Source: Macrostomum lignano
Taxonomy: Eukaryota
Assembly: GCA_002269645.1 (NCBI GenBank)
Contig: NIVC01002341.1
Location: 1-64,000, forward strand
Direction: 5' to 3'
Length of the DNA: 64,000 bases
Under the pieces are notes generated by a model. The model did no database searches. It saw only the letters and a list, made by a program, of their open reading frames with translations, and was not told where the DNA came from. Positions 50,179-62,480 of the stretch are shown here, one piece after another; within the stretch, counting starts at the first letter, position 1, and the number at the start of each line of letters is the position of its first letter. The translations under genes were made by a program, and so were the position numbers.

Positions 50179-51985
50179 ATGAGCTCCATCAGACTCCATC
50201 AGAAATTCTACTCAACTGTCGAAAGAACGGCAAAAATGCGACGCGCTTTGGTTGAGAGCCTTGCCTCGAGCTCCGCTCACGGCATTAGCCGGGCCGTCTC
50301 AGTGCGCAGTCGGCAGCTCAAAGTTATCTGGCTGCTGCTGTTCCTGGCATTCACGGCCCTGTTCTGCAAGGACGCGCTGGAACTGGTGGGCAAACTCATA
50401 AACGCAAGTATCGTAACCACTAGTGAAGTGGACAGTGTGCCATTCGAGTTTCCCGACTTGTTCGCCTGTCCGAGGCACCCGATTTCCGGCAGTATTCCGT
50501 ACGCACTCAGTGAATCAGAGGCGGCAACGGCAAATGAGGAGATTTTCAGGCTGGAGTTGCTATACGAAAGACTGAAGGACGAGAAAGGTGAACCAAAATA
50601 TTTGATTCTGGAGACTAGGTCGCGCATAATACTGAACTCTTTGCCAACCGAACTGCTGAATAAGATAATACTTAGCAGAAGTCAGTCAATAATCATGAAA
50701 AGTAACAATTCAGGAGTCGATAATGAAACCGCATTGTTTTCGGAGATGAAGGTTTTATGCTTTAAAATCCCTGCTAAGAACATGGGACGTTCAGGATTAC
50801 CGCCTGAGCTAATCAAGTTGGACACGCTTGAGTTGGAGTTGTTCACGGATCCCTATGATTCACACTTTAATTATACTGGCAGCCCTATTCGTGAAATTAT
50901 GGACCTCCGCAACACTAGTAGAAGAGCACCAGTATCTCATTGGGATCTCGAGAAAGGCCTTCGAGACCCTGTGTCTGATTCTGGTTTCTCTCTTCTCCTC
51001 GTGCCAAGAGGCACCTACCCGTCCGTTTTGATCGAGCCGTCGGTAAGCTTGGCCCCGGGACATTCCTATGACATTTCGCTCAGCATGGAGCAGGTCACCT
51101 ACAGCGAGGAACTACAAAGAAAGAGCTGCACAATTAAGGAGCCCAAACTGCAGTTCGTGGATTTATTGAACGGTGGAATGTTGGAGTACGAATACAGCTA
51201 TGCGGGGTGTCTGATCGACCGGTTGTCACGCAAGAAAGAAAAAGACTCCGGAGGATACGTTTGGCCAAGCTATCAGGTTCCCTGGGACCTGCGCGACAGC
51301 CTGCGATGGGAGACTCTGCCGGACATTCTGGTGGAGATGGGGCGCAGTCCCGCCGAGTTTTTTGGCAATCCGAACGAGCTTCCTAACTGTCAGCAGCCAT
51401 GTCAGCGGCTTCGATACAAGGCCAGCATTTCGGCTACGAATTGGCCAACTTTTAATCGCAACTATTCACATGGCTTTTGGAATGTATCGGCTGGAAAACA
51501 GCCAGCGTTGGCCCAATTGGCAAATATGGCTAAGCAGTTGGCTTTGGGTACTGAAGCTTCGATCTTTAGATTATGTATAGATCTAATAGTCTATCCCATC
51601 ATTTTTAATCCACTTCTTTGAAATTTAAATTTCAGACAATCATTCGTCACATTTAGAAGCGACATTTCGCAGTCGGGTGGCCAATTCAATGCTGAGAATA
51701 AAAATTTCTGCCGACAGTCCGATGTCTACTCGCCTGGTGATTGCCAAGTCCTACTCGACCACTGCCTTCCTGGCCGATGTTGGAGGAGTTCTGGGCCTGT
51801 ACATAGGGTGCAGCCTGCTGACTGTATGCGAGGTCATTGAGCTTATTTACCACCTGGTGGCCAGCATCGTTGGTAGCAGACCGGGCCCTAAGCAACAGGA
51901 AGAGATTAAGGAGGCGGATGCTGCAGATGTCTATACTCTCGAAGAGAAAAATGATATTCCAAACACCGTAACTGAAAATTGTTAA
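50179..51985 (+). CDS. DEG/ENaC (amiloride-sensitive channel family) subunit, 2 exons (to 51547 or 51574; 51636-51985)
   Basis: SSAHG pre-TM1 motif, TM1 IWLLLFLAFTALF, FEFPDLFACP, CQQPC..LRY and TM2 FLADVGGVLGLYIGCSLLTVCEVIE. Phase-1 donors at 51548 or 51575 fit the acceptor TTCAG| at 51635. Alternative start at 50236. Confidence 0.92.
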
Positions 51986-52984
51986 TGTAGATTTTGAATG
52001 TAATAAAAATGAAAAAAAAACTGGCGATAGAAAGTTTTTGTGTGAGTTGCGATACTTTGTTAAAGAAGTCTTATATATGTGAGCTTTAAAAAAATAATGT
52101 TTTGTTATTGTTGTTATTGTTAACACGTAGAAGAAATTAGCAATGCATTTTCAATAAGAAAATAAGTAAAAATCAGCTGGTCAATACGCTATTTAGCAGT
52201 TAAAAAAATCGGTTCAGGCATTCAGGCTGTGGACTGAAATACCGGTCAGACAGACAGACAGACAGATCTTAGAGATTTAGTATATTGTGATTAATAGCTT
52301 AATATCAGGAAGAATATTGGAAGCTTCTTAATTGTCCATCTACTTTGCGCAGTACATTAGGGTGGATGACGCAACCTGGTAGATAAGGTAACACTTGACA
52401 GACAGCTACAACAGGTCTCGTGTAGAAGCTTATTTTATCTTGAAGACTGCGTCTTAACTTGCCTTTTGATCCAATTAGAGAAAGTCCAGGTCAAATGGCA
52501 TCGTATTGCAGAACGTTCTCAACCGCCGCCTGAAACAACGTTGCCCACTGGCTGTCGGATGCGAGGTACGAACGTTTTAACAGCTTAAGTTTTATTTTTT
52601 GAGCTTTTTTGCAAATCAACAGAGAACTAATTAATACGTCTGTTATAATATGACGGAGTTCGAACGATTTGCATGACGTGGTAAAGCATTTTCAAAGACT
52701 TTTTTATTGCATTACTCTGAGATTCTTTTCTGTTGACATAAATCTCACTGTTGTAGCCATCTAAAAACATACTTGATGGCTGTTTACGACAACCATAAAA
52801 TGAGCCACCGCACAGAACCACCCAGATTGTTCTGCTAAAATATTTTTTATTCCATAAAGTTGTCTTTATCATTAGTTATCACTGTTATCACACAAAAATA
52901 CAGCTGCAGCTCTCACATTGCAAGTTCTTTTCATAGTGAAACATATTGCAAAAGCGATCAACGACCAATGCCATCGTTACCAAC

Positions 52985-53535
<551 letters not shown>

Positions 53536-53979
53536 ACGATTACGTCAATTAGTATGTATATTGCCTAAAAGTAGATAAAATTATTTGTTCAGTATATTAT
53601 CACTTGGAATATATTTATCATTAACACAAAGATGCGTACAATTCTCTAATGAACAATCATAAATAAGCAAATGGTTGTGCAGTTCAAATTTGAAACGTTA
53701 GGTGAACTTGTATCGAAGATGAATGTGAAGCATCAATAGTACCTTATCCTGTTTTAAAAAGTCGGCAATGCTTTATGCTCAATTGCTATAGGTTGATTAG
53801 CTATACAAACGTAAGACAGACATAGTTTTACAATATACAATGTTCTCTCTCGGATTATAGTAACTTCTTGAAGTTTTAACGTCCGAATGACTTGAACAAA
53901 ATTAACTGGCTAAAATGGCGCCAAGCGAATTCGTTACTCAGAAAAAGTTGTGAAAAGTCAAAGCTTGTCAGTTTGCTGC

Positions 53980-56900
53980 TCACGGGCGATCATAGCAGTC
54001 GCACATGCAGGTGGAGATCTCTTCAATCCAGCAATTATCCTCTGAAAACGAAACGGATGCAATTCTGCTAAAAATCTGCTGGCTTTGATCATGAAATCTA
54101 ACTTCACAGGATCAGAAGCTGAGTAACTTACGATACGGCATGCCGTGCAGGCCCTCCAGGGTGCTGGGCAGCGAATCAAATGACGTCATACCGGAGGCGG
54201 CGAGCCCGATGAAGTTGAGAACCTGTGAGTTTGGAAAGTGGTTGCGGTGAAAGCACTGTCCATTGGCATCAGAACTTGTCTGAAGTGAAACTCAAACCCA
54301 ACTACACAAAGATTCGCATTGCTTACCTCTCCAACGGAGGTCTTCGCAGTCAGCTTCATCACGGAGCCACCAGATGCCGCAGCAAGGTAGTCGTACTCTC
54401 CCTTGTACACTCTTGGACCGCAAAACTGGCCGGTGCCGATCACGTAGAGTTTGATTTTCTTAGAAACCAGCAGAGCAGCGACATCGGCACTCATGTTTGC
54501 GTCTTTTGCGGCAGCGTCGGTGAACAGGATGAGCACGGAGTTTTCGAGTGCCTCCTTGGCTGCGTCCTCAATGGCTGACATGGCGTACTCGGGACAGTCG
54601 CCTCCGCCCGAAGGCCCGATCGCGTTCACGAAGCTCTGGATTGCGGACGCGTCGCTCGACCGGATCACATTCTTCACGTAGGGATCGCCGTACCGGGATA
54701 CCACGTAGTCCTTGAACACCGTGTTGTTCGCCATGATGGCGCTGATGTGAGTCCGCACGGCGAAGATCTCGGCACCCATTGAGCCGGTGTCGTCAATGAT
54801 GAACCCCAGAGAGCCGACCCGCTTCCTGGGGCAGCCGTTGGGCGAGCCGCACACTTTGTTGCGCATCGTCACTCGCTTGTAGCCGAGCGGGCAGGGCGCT
54901 GAAGTGTCGAAGCGTCGATAATTAGCGCCAATCAAAAGTAAGGTATTTTCTACGTAATAAGTAAAGAAACTTACGTTCAATTGGCTTGCATTTGTGATGG
55001 ATGACCCATTTGCAGCAGCCTGAAATATGATAAAGAAGCAAATTTTCTATTATACAAAATTTAAAATTATAATCTTAGCAAAGTTCGACTCTGAAAAGAG
55101 AAAAACTCAACAAACTTACGTTCTGGCTTCATCTTTCGCATGTCGTCCAAGCAGCGAGGGAACGAACGCAGCGAGTACTTGCCGGCAGCAGCCAGGGCGA
55201 GGAAGTCAAGAACCTGCCGAAAAATGGTTTGATTGTTTTGTTTTTGTTTAAAGCTTATCTGGGATGAAATTAATCTAGGCAGTTGTTGCATTAATAGTGA
55301 GCTCAAAAGTAAATTTACCTCGCTAACTGATGACTTTGCTGTCAGCGTCATGACGTCCCCACCAGAGGCAGCTGCGAGTTCGTCGAATTCCCCCTTGTAC
55401 ACGCCGGAGCCGCAGAAGGTGCCAGTGGCGATGACAAACAGCTTCGTGTTCTTCGCCAACAACAGCGCCTTGACAGCGGCCAGCTTGCTCGCATCTTTTG
55501 CTGCAGCATCGGTGAACAAGACTAGCACAGAGTTCTTGCGGGCCTTCTTGGCCGCGTCTTCGATACCCGACATGGCGAACTCGGGACAGTCTCCGCCTGC
55601 AGATGGCGAGATCGAGTTCACAAAGGACTGGATGACCGACTCGTCGCTGGATCGAATCACATTCTTCTTGTAGGGATCGCCGAATGTGGCCACCACGTAG
55701 TCCTTAAACACGGTGTTGTTGGCCATGATGTTGGCGATATGAGCGCGCACCGCGAAAATCTCAGCCGCCATTGAGCCCGTGTTGTCGATGACGAAACCTA
55801 GGGAGCCGTACTTGTGCTTCTTGCACGGACCGGGCACGCACACCTTCTTCTTCACCACAATATGTTCGAAGCCCTCCGGGCACGGACAGCTGTTTGTCGG
55901 CGGCTCGATGCAGACGAGGTTCTCAATGCTGGTCTTGCAGGAGCAGTCTGAAATATGTTGGGAAAAAATCATTTTTTTATGCCTATGCTTGTAATTGACA
56001 TTTGGTATAACCTCAAATCAGAAGTGGCAACTCACTTCCATCGGCGATGGCTTTCAGATCTTCCAGAGTCGTCGGCATGCCGCGGATGAACCGAATGCCG
56101 TACTTGGCAAAGTTCTTGATGTAGTTCATAACGAAGTCGACATCGGACTTGTCTGGGGTCCTGTAGATTGTTCCGTTGGTGGCGGTGGTCAGTCTAGAGA
56201 ACTCGGCACCCATGCCGCAAAGATTTCCGGTCGCCATCACGTTAAGCCGGATGTTTTTGGACTCCAGCAGAGCCTTGACATCCGGCTCGAGAGCCAGATC
56301 CTTGGAGCTCGCGTCGGTGAACAGAAAGATGACGGAGCCGGGACTAAGACGGTCGGCCACATCCCGGATGCCGTGCATTGCCATCTCAGGACAGTCGCCT
56401 CCAGCGTTGGCGTTGATTGTGCTCACAAAGCTGTTGATGGCGGAAGCGTCCGTCGATTCGAACACGTTGGCCACGTAGGGATCGTTGTAGGTGCCAATCA
56501 CGTACTTGTCGAAGATTCCGGATGTGGCAGCTGGAATGACAATGTTTGACAATAATCACCTACTCTTGTAATACGCTCGTACATTGGTGCATTTAGCAAC
56601 TTCGACTTGGTAATCGGAAGATCACTGTCTGTAAAACTTACTGACAACAGCCTGAATGCTGGACTTCACCGACGCGATCTCCGTCCTCATGCTGCCAGTG
56701 TTGTCCACAACGAAGCCGAGAGAGACGTTAAAGTACTCGTGGTCTCCGGGATCCACAATCTCGATTGTCCGGTTGAGGCCTGTGCAGCTGCATGACAGCC
56801 GCTTATCGTAGGTGCAGTTCTTGGATGGACAGCTGTCGCAAACGGGATCTGAGCGAATTACGGAGGGGATCGTTGTCGGTCAGTAACAGATTAAATCAGT

Positions 56901-57006
56901 CTTCAACTATTGACTGAGCAGACAACAACAGAAACTTACCAAGCTGAGCAGCGACTTGCAGCACGAGGGCAGAGCCCACGATGAGAATCAGAGCGGACGC
57001 CTTCAT
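53980..57006 (-). CDS. Secreted protein with three tandem hemicentin/VWA7-type vWA domains separated by short Cys-rich modules, 753 aa, 9 exons
   Basis: Exons 56940-57006, 56642-56848, 56036-56530, 55319-55947, 55120-55213, 54975-55019, 54327-54898, 54132-54222 and 53980-54041. All are GT-AG and phase-compatible, totalling 2262 nt. Signal peptide MKASALILIVGSALVLQVAA. Each domain has D(N/D)TGSM, GGDCPE and FTDA. Confidence 0.92.
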
Positions 57007-58163
57007 GGAGGCTTTGTTGCTTGAAGATTTTCTTGCTTAAGGGTTTTCTTTTGAGTTGTCTCGATTCGATTTCTCTCGGAGCCTTTGCCTCTGTGGGCTC
57101 CGCGATTGCCGCTTATATAGACATTTTGCAAGGCCATCTGAGTGTGTATTTTTGTTTTTTTCAATCCAGCTTGTTATCATCAACATAGGCGCAGTAATCT
57201 GCCCAACCATGCACCCTTGGAGTTGTTTTCGTATTTTCAGGCTCACATCGAAATAATGAGGGGGCGTTGTGAGACCGCGTATGCAGACGCAATTGTTTAT
57301 GAGGCTTGAAAAAACAGCGGGACGATGTTTTTGCGAGAAATTTCTATTGGCTGGTAATAACAATAGCGGTGGCTGTTCTCTCCTTAGCAGTAGAGAACTG
57401 TCACGGGCTATATTTTCGTCTCCTAAACTGCTTGTGCTTTGTTAGTGTGGCCTCTATCTGACTATCTACGAGTCGTATCTATATAATCTTTCGATATCTT
57501 TCTGTGGATAAAGCCCACTAACTTATTTTCTCAAAATGGGTCGTTAGTCTTAGACTCACAGTTAGGAGCAGACGAACAGGAAGTCTCCTGTCTAGTGCGG
57601 TTTTATTGAGCAGCTAAGTATGGCTCTAAGGATGGCTCTACATCTCAAAGAAGGCAGTGCAACCGTCGGAGTAAATTTATCAATTGCAGAGCCTTGTCCC
57701 CGGTGCTCAGCGACTCGAGACAGCGTGGTCTGTGATCAGCTATTTCAATCCGCCCATGACAATGGCGGCATCGATGACAGTGCTCATTCAATAACAATTG
57801 CCTTCTTGACACCTTCTGATCCTAGAGTCTGTTCCGCAGTGTCCAGCTGCCTGTGCCCAGGAAATTGAAGTAGGAGCGGATTGTGCTCAGGAACCTTCGG
57901 CTATCACCAATGATGAGTATCTCGATCCCTATTGTGAGCAGACTCCCAAGTGAACCCAAGAAGGACTGGAAGCGTTCGGCCATTGAAAAGTCGACGATCG
58001 CGATCGGAGAACAGTTTAAGACTCGTTCAGCAACGCAGGACTTCTGAGAATCAAATCAAGATGCTACGTGATCCTGACGTACGCACATATATGTCTACTT
58101 TAAACTTTCTTATTTATTTCGTCGAAAAGTAAAGTTTACCTTTAACGACTATATTACTTTATA

Positions 58164-59113
58164 CGAGGGTCATCCCAAAAGTTTCAGCAATCGAATGATT
58201 TTGTGCCATAGACAACTTTTAGGACTACAGCACTTATACCACACGAAAGATGAGCATATTTCGGGTGTCTGAGTAAGTTTTTAGCATTCTAGCTTCAAAA
58301 TTCTGTTTTCTAAAGAACATTTTGTGAGATACTAAATCAAACATCGGCCGACAACGATAAAATGGAATTTCCGTCGAACTTGGAGCAGTGCTTATACATT
58401 AAAACGGAATGTCTTCGTGGTGTCCCTGCAGCTCAAATTCACCGTCAGTTGCTGCAGGCCCATGGGCCAAATGCGATGAGCCAGCGAGCCGTGTACAACT
58501 GGTACAGTCGATTCAAGAATGGCCGCTCTGATGTCGAGGACGAGGAAGGCCAAAAGAAGCTCGCACAGAGTTGAACATCGAGTTGATCCAAGGGCTGCTG
58601 AACATCGATCGCCGTTGGACATGCGAAGAAATGGCTGAGTCGTCTGGAATCCCCTCGTCGAGCTTCATTATTCACCATCTTCGGCCTGCCTTGCGCAAAA
58701 AGCGGCCACAGACCCTGGAACTTGGTCCACTCCTTCTGCACGACAATGCCAGTTCGCACACAGCCCGCATTGTGCAGGACCTACTGTGGGACTACCAATG
58801 GGAGGTGCTGCCTCATCCTCCTTACTCCCCAGACCTCAGTCCCTGCGATTTCGACCTTTTTCCGAAGCTTAAGAACCAGCTCCGAGGGCGTCGTTTTCAT
58901 TGCCTGGATGACCTATTCAGTGAGGTCGGCCGCATTGCAAAAGACCTGTGCGAATCCGGCGCTGCTGACGGCGTTCAGAAGTTGCCTGGCCGCTGGGAGC
59001 GCACAATTCAAGTCAACGGAAGTTATTTTGAAGGTTTTTGACATGTTCATTGTTCTGACACTCGTTTGTTGAAAATTAATAGGCGTTTGCTGAAACTTTT
59101 GGGATGACCCTCG
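58164..59113 (+). mobile_element. Internally deleted mariner (D34D) element, 950 bp
   Basis: Perfect 27-bp TIRs CGAGGGTCATCCCAAAAGTTTCAGCAA with TA on both sides. HTH ORF 58362-58574 is followed in another frame by LLHDNA...HPPYSPDLSPCDF (34-aa D spacing). The first catalytic Asp region is absent. Confidence 0.96.
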
Positions 59114-59787
59114 TACATCTGATACAACGTATATCTGTATACTACTCTACCATAACTCACTGTCAGTAGTGTAGGTAATAAGTAATACCAGCTTTGTTAT
59201 TGATCGGTTGGGAACGGAATGGCTACGTTGAAGATGATTGAGCCTCGCTGCGTTTTAATTGAAAATTAGTTCAAACTCATCTGTTAATTTAGTCTACATT
59301 ACAACCTCAACTAAAGGTTCCATTAGAGCCTCTACTTTGCAGTGGGGGCATTTTAATTCAATATTCAAATACCTTCAGACGTCTATACTGTTTCTGAGAT
59401 ACTGCTGATGTATTTTAAAGTTAAGGTGTACATGTACATGTGGATACGAGAGGCCATGTTGCTCCGGTCTCACTTCAGCACTGTATAACCAATAATTGAC
59501 GCTTATCTTCAAAAATTACGGTACTGGAGTGCCAATTAGTATGGGCATTAAGCTCTAATTTATTTAAATTTCGTGACCAAATCTGTTTTGCTCCATCCTT
59601 GACTTTCGATGCAGCAATGTAATGATAGACTGTTTAAAGGGTAGCTAGCTGAGTTAAATCTAGCGGACATGCATGCACCAGCGCGCGTTACCACCCGACA
59701 AGCTGACGGAGTCCGAAAACCTACTTGACTACATGTACATCATCAACTTCAAATATAGAATTGCTCTCAATTATTTTCTGTAGCTCC

Positions 59788-61148
59788 GTAGCTCAGTGGT
59801 TGGGTGCAGAGTAGCTCAGTGGTTGGGGGCAGAGTAGCTCAGTGGTTGGGTGCAGAGTAGCTCAGTGGTTGGGTGCAGAGTAGCTCAGTGGTTGGGTGCA
59901 GAGTAGCTCAGTGGTTGGGTGCAGAGTAGCTCAGTGGTTGGGTGCAGAGTAGCTCAGTAGTTTGATGCAGAGTAGCTCAGTAGTTTGATGCAGAGTAGCT
60001 CAGTGGTTGGGTGCAGAGTAGCTCAGTGGTTGGGGGCAGAGTAGCTCAGTGGTTGGGGGCAGAGTAGCTCAGTGGTTGGGGGCAGAGTAGCTCAGTGGTT
60101 GGGTGCAGAGTAGCTCAGTGGTTGGGTGCAGAGTAGCTCAGTGGTTCGGGGCAGAGTAGCTCAGTGGTTGGGTGCAGAGTAGCTCAGTGGTTGGGGGCAG
60201 AGTAGCTCAGTGGTTGGGGCAGAGTAGCTCAGTGGTTGGGGGCAGAGTAGCTCAGTGGTTGGGTGCAGAGTAGCTCAGTGGTTGGGGGCAGAGTAGCTCA
60301 GTGGTTGGGTGCAGAGTAGCTCAGTGGTTGGGTGCAGAGTAGCTCAGTGGTTCGGGGCAGAGTAGCTCAGTGGTTGGGTGCAGAGTAGCTCAGTGGTTGG
60401 GGGCAGAGTAGCTCAGTGGTTGGGGGCAGAGTAGCTCAGTGGTTGGGTGCAGAGTAGCTCAGTGGTTTGGTGCAGAGTAGCTCAGTGGTTCGGGGCAGAG
60501 TAGCTCAGTGGTTGGGTGCAGAGTAGCTCAGTGGTTGGGTGCAGAGTAGCTCAGTGGTTGGGTGCAGAGTAGCTCAGTGGTTCGGGGCAGAGTAGCTCAG
60601 TGGTTGGGTGCAGAGTAGCTCAGTGGTTGGGTGCAGAGTAGCTCAGTGGTTGGGTGCAGAGTAGCTCAGTGATTGGGGGCAGAGTAGCTCAGTGGTTGGG
60701 TGCAGAGTAGCTCAGTGGTTGGGGGCAGAGTAGCTCAGTGGTTGGGTGCAGAGTAGCTCAGTGGTTGGGTGCAGAGTAGCTCAGTGGTTCGGGGCAGAGT
60801 AGCTCAGTGGTTGGGTGCAGAGTAGCTCAGTGGTTGGGTGCAGAGTAGCTCAGTGGTTGGGTGCAGAGTAGCTCAGTGGTTGGGTGCAGAGTAGCTCAGT
60901 GGTTGGGTGCAGAGTAGCTCAGTGGTTGGGTGCAGAGTAGCTCAGTGGTTGGGGGCAGAGTAGCTCAGTGGTTGGGGGCATGAGTAGCTCAGTGGTTGGG
61001 TGCAGAGTAGCTCAGTGGTTGGGTGCAGAGTAGCTCAGTGGTTGGGTGCAGAGTAGCTCAGTGGTTGGGTGCAGAGTAGCTCAGTGGTTGGGGGCAGAGT
61101 AGCTCAGTGGTTGGGTGCAGAGTAGCTCAGTGGTTGGGGGCAGAGTAG
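59788..61148 (+). repeat. 23-bp minisatellite (GTAGCTCAGTGGTTGGGTGCAGA)n, ~59 copies, derived from a tRNA D-arm/A-box
   Basis: 23-bp periodicity. Each unit holds TAGCTCAGTGG. A CTTTCAC anticodon-loop-like sequence follows the array at 61170-61176. Confidence 0.95.
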
Positions 61149-61249
61149 CGTTTGCAGAGTGCATTTGCGCTTTCACATCGCGAGTTTTCTTTTCTGGCCA
61201 AGCTTCCAACTCTAAGCATAAATTTAGAGGCTTGGCACTCGCACCGTGA

Positions 61250-61705
61250 TCTGTTCAAAGAACTTGACAAAATCAGCATCCCTAGTTGAATCTTCAACAA
61301 GCCAAATCTTCTACTGGGCTGGAGACAAGCAATCCGGAAAATTCAAAACAGCTTTGTCATTAAACCGGCCGACTAGGGCAGCATCATGGTATGTTCTATA
61401 CCGGAGGGACTACCTTCCCACCTTTGAAACCAAAAGATTTTCTATTTGCTCCCACCACAAGGTGGCCGATTCTCACAGTATTGCCTGAGGGACCGTTTGT
61501 CTCCGATTGCAGCTCCGAATACATTAGCTGCAAGTTCATCGACCTCTTTCTGCAATCGATCGCCAAGGAACAAGACTAGTTCATCTTTCATCTGTGACGC
61601 CGTTCACTTCCAAGCTGAACAAAGTGTGAACCTTGCTAATGAGTAAGTGTATTCTTGGCTACAATTTAGACGTTGAGGCCTTATACACAAACATCCCGAC
61701 CTACA
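61250..61705 (+). mobile_element. Degraded Penelope-like reverse transcriptase fragment
   Basis: GPFVSDCSSEYISCKFIDLFLQ and LDVEALYTNIP (61666-61698) match PLE RT motifs (RPIVS..., DVxSLYTNIP). Stops and frameshifts are present. Confidence 0.72.
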
Positions 61706-62154
61706 AAAGTTTTGTTTGGGTTGGCTCTCGGGACATGACTGTTTTTCCAGGCATCGTCACCTCTAGAGAAAATCCGTAGCGGGGAATGCCCCTTCTGCCT
61801 CTCCTCGGTGTTGAGAATCATCTGCATCACTTCATCTGCGAATGCCCAGCCTCTACTCAGGACAGGCTCACCTACCTCGGACCTTCCCGCGCTATACGGA
61901 GCCAGTTCATCGCCTGCCATTAACGAGACGTCGGTAGCCGTAGTCGAACCATCTAAAGATAAGGATTCTGTGGGGGACTCAATGCCTACTTCCGGTATCT
62001 CTGTGGGCTCACAACGTGAGGCGATTGAAACAGCGACTTCAATACAAACCGTCAAGCATCAAATTCTCGTGTTCAATCAAGTGACTAAACGCGCTAAGGT
62101 TTTACAGCATTCGGCTTTTATTTGTTACTTTTGCTATTCGTGCGTTAATATACC

Positions 62155-62480
62155 AATATGGATTGGCTGCATCAGGCCGCAACTAGCTAACACTCCTCGG
62201 CGCTACGCGCCTCGGCGGTTTCACGGCCCGCTGAGACTGTCTATGGTAAAATCCCATTTACTCCAATGCATTGAGTCGGTTTCACGGCCCGCTGAAAATG
62301 TCTATGGCTAAGTCAGAAGAAAGCGGGGTCAAGGGGGCGCTGAGCCCCCTTGCGGGGTGTGGGGCGCCCCAACATGTTCGCACCAGCACTCTAGAGAAAG
62401 AAAGAAAGAATGAAATCTAAGAAATTGTCTATGGCCAAAACTGCTAATTTTGTGAATCGAAAAAATAGTAACTGATACTA
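62155..62480. mobile_element. Second copy of the unclassified element at 38291-38650, with parts in different relative orientation
   Basis: See the 38291-38650 entry. Confidence 0.7.

Noticed and set aside
59781-61185. Functional tRNA gene(s)
   Set aside because: No T-arm, B-box or 3' acceptor strand. The tRNA-like heads at 16585-16645 and 44630-44710 also lack complete cloverleaves.
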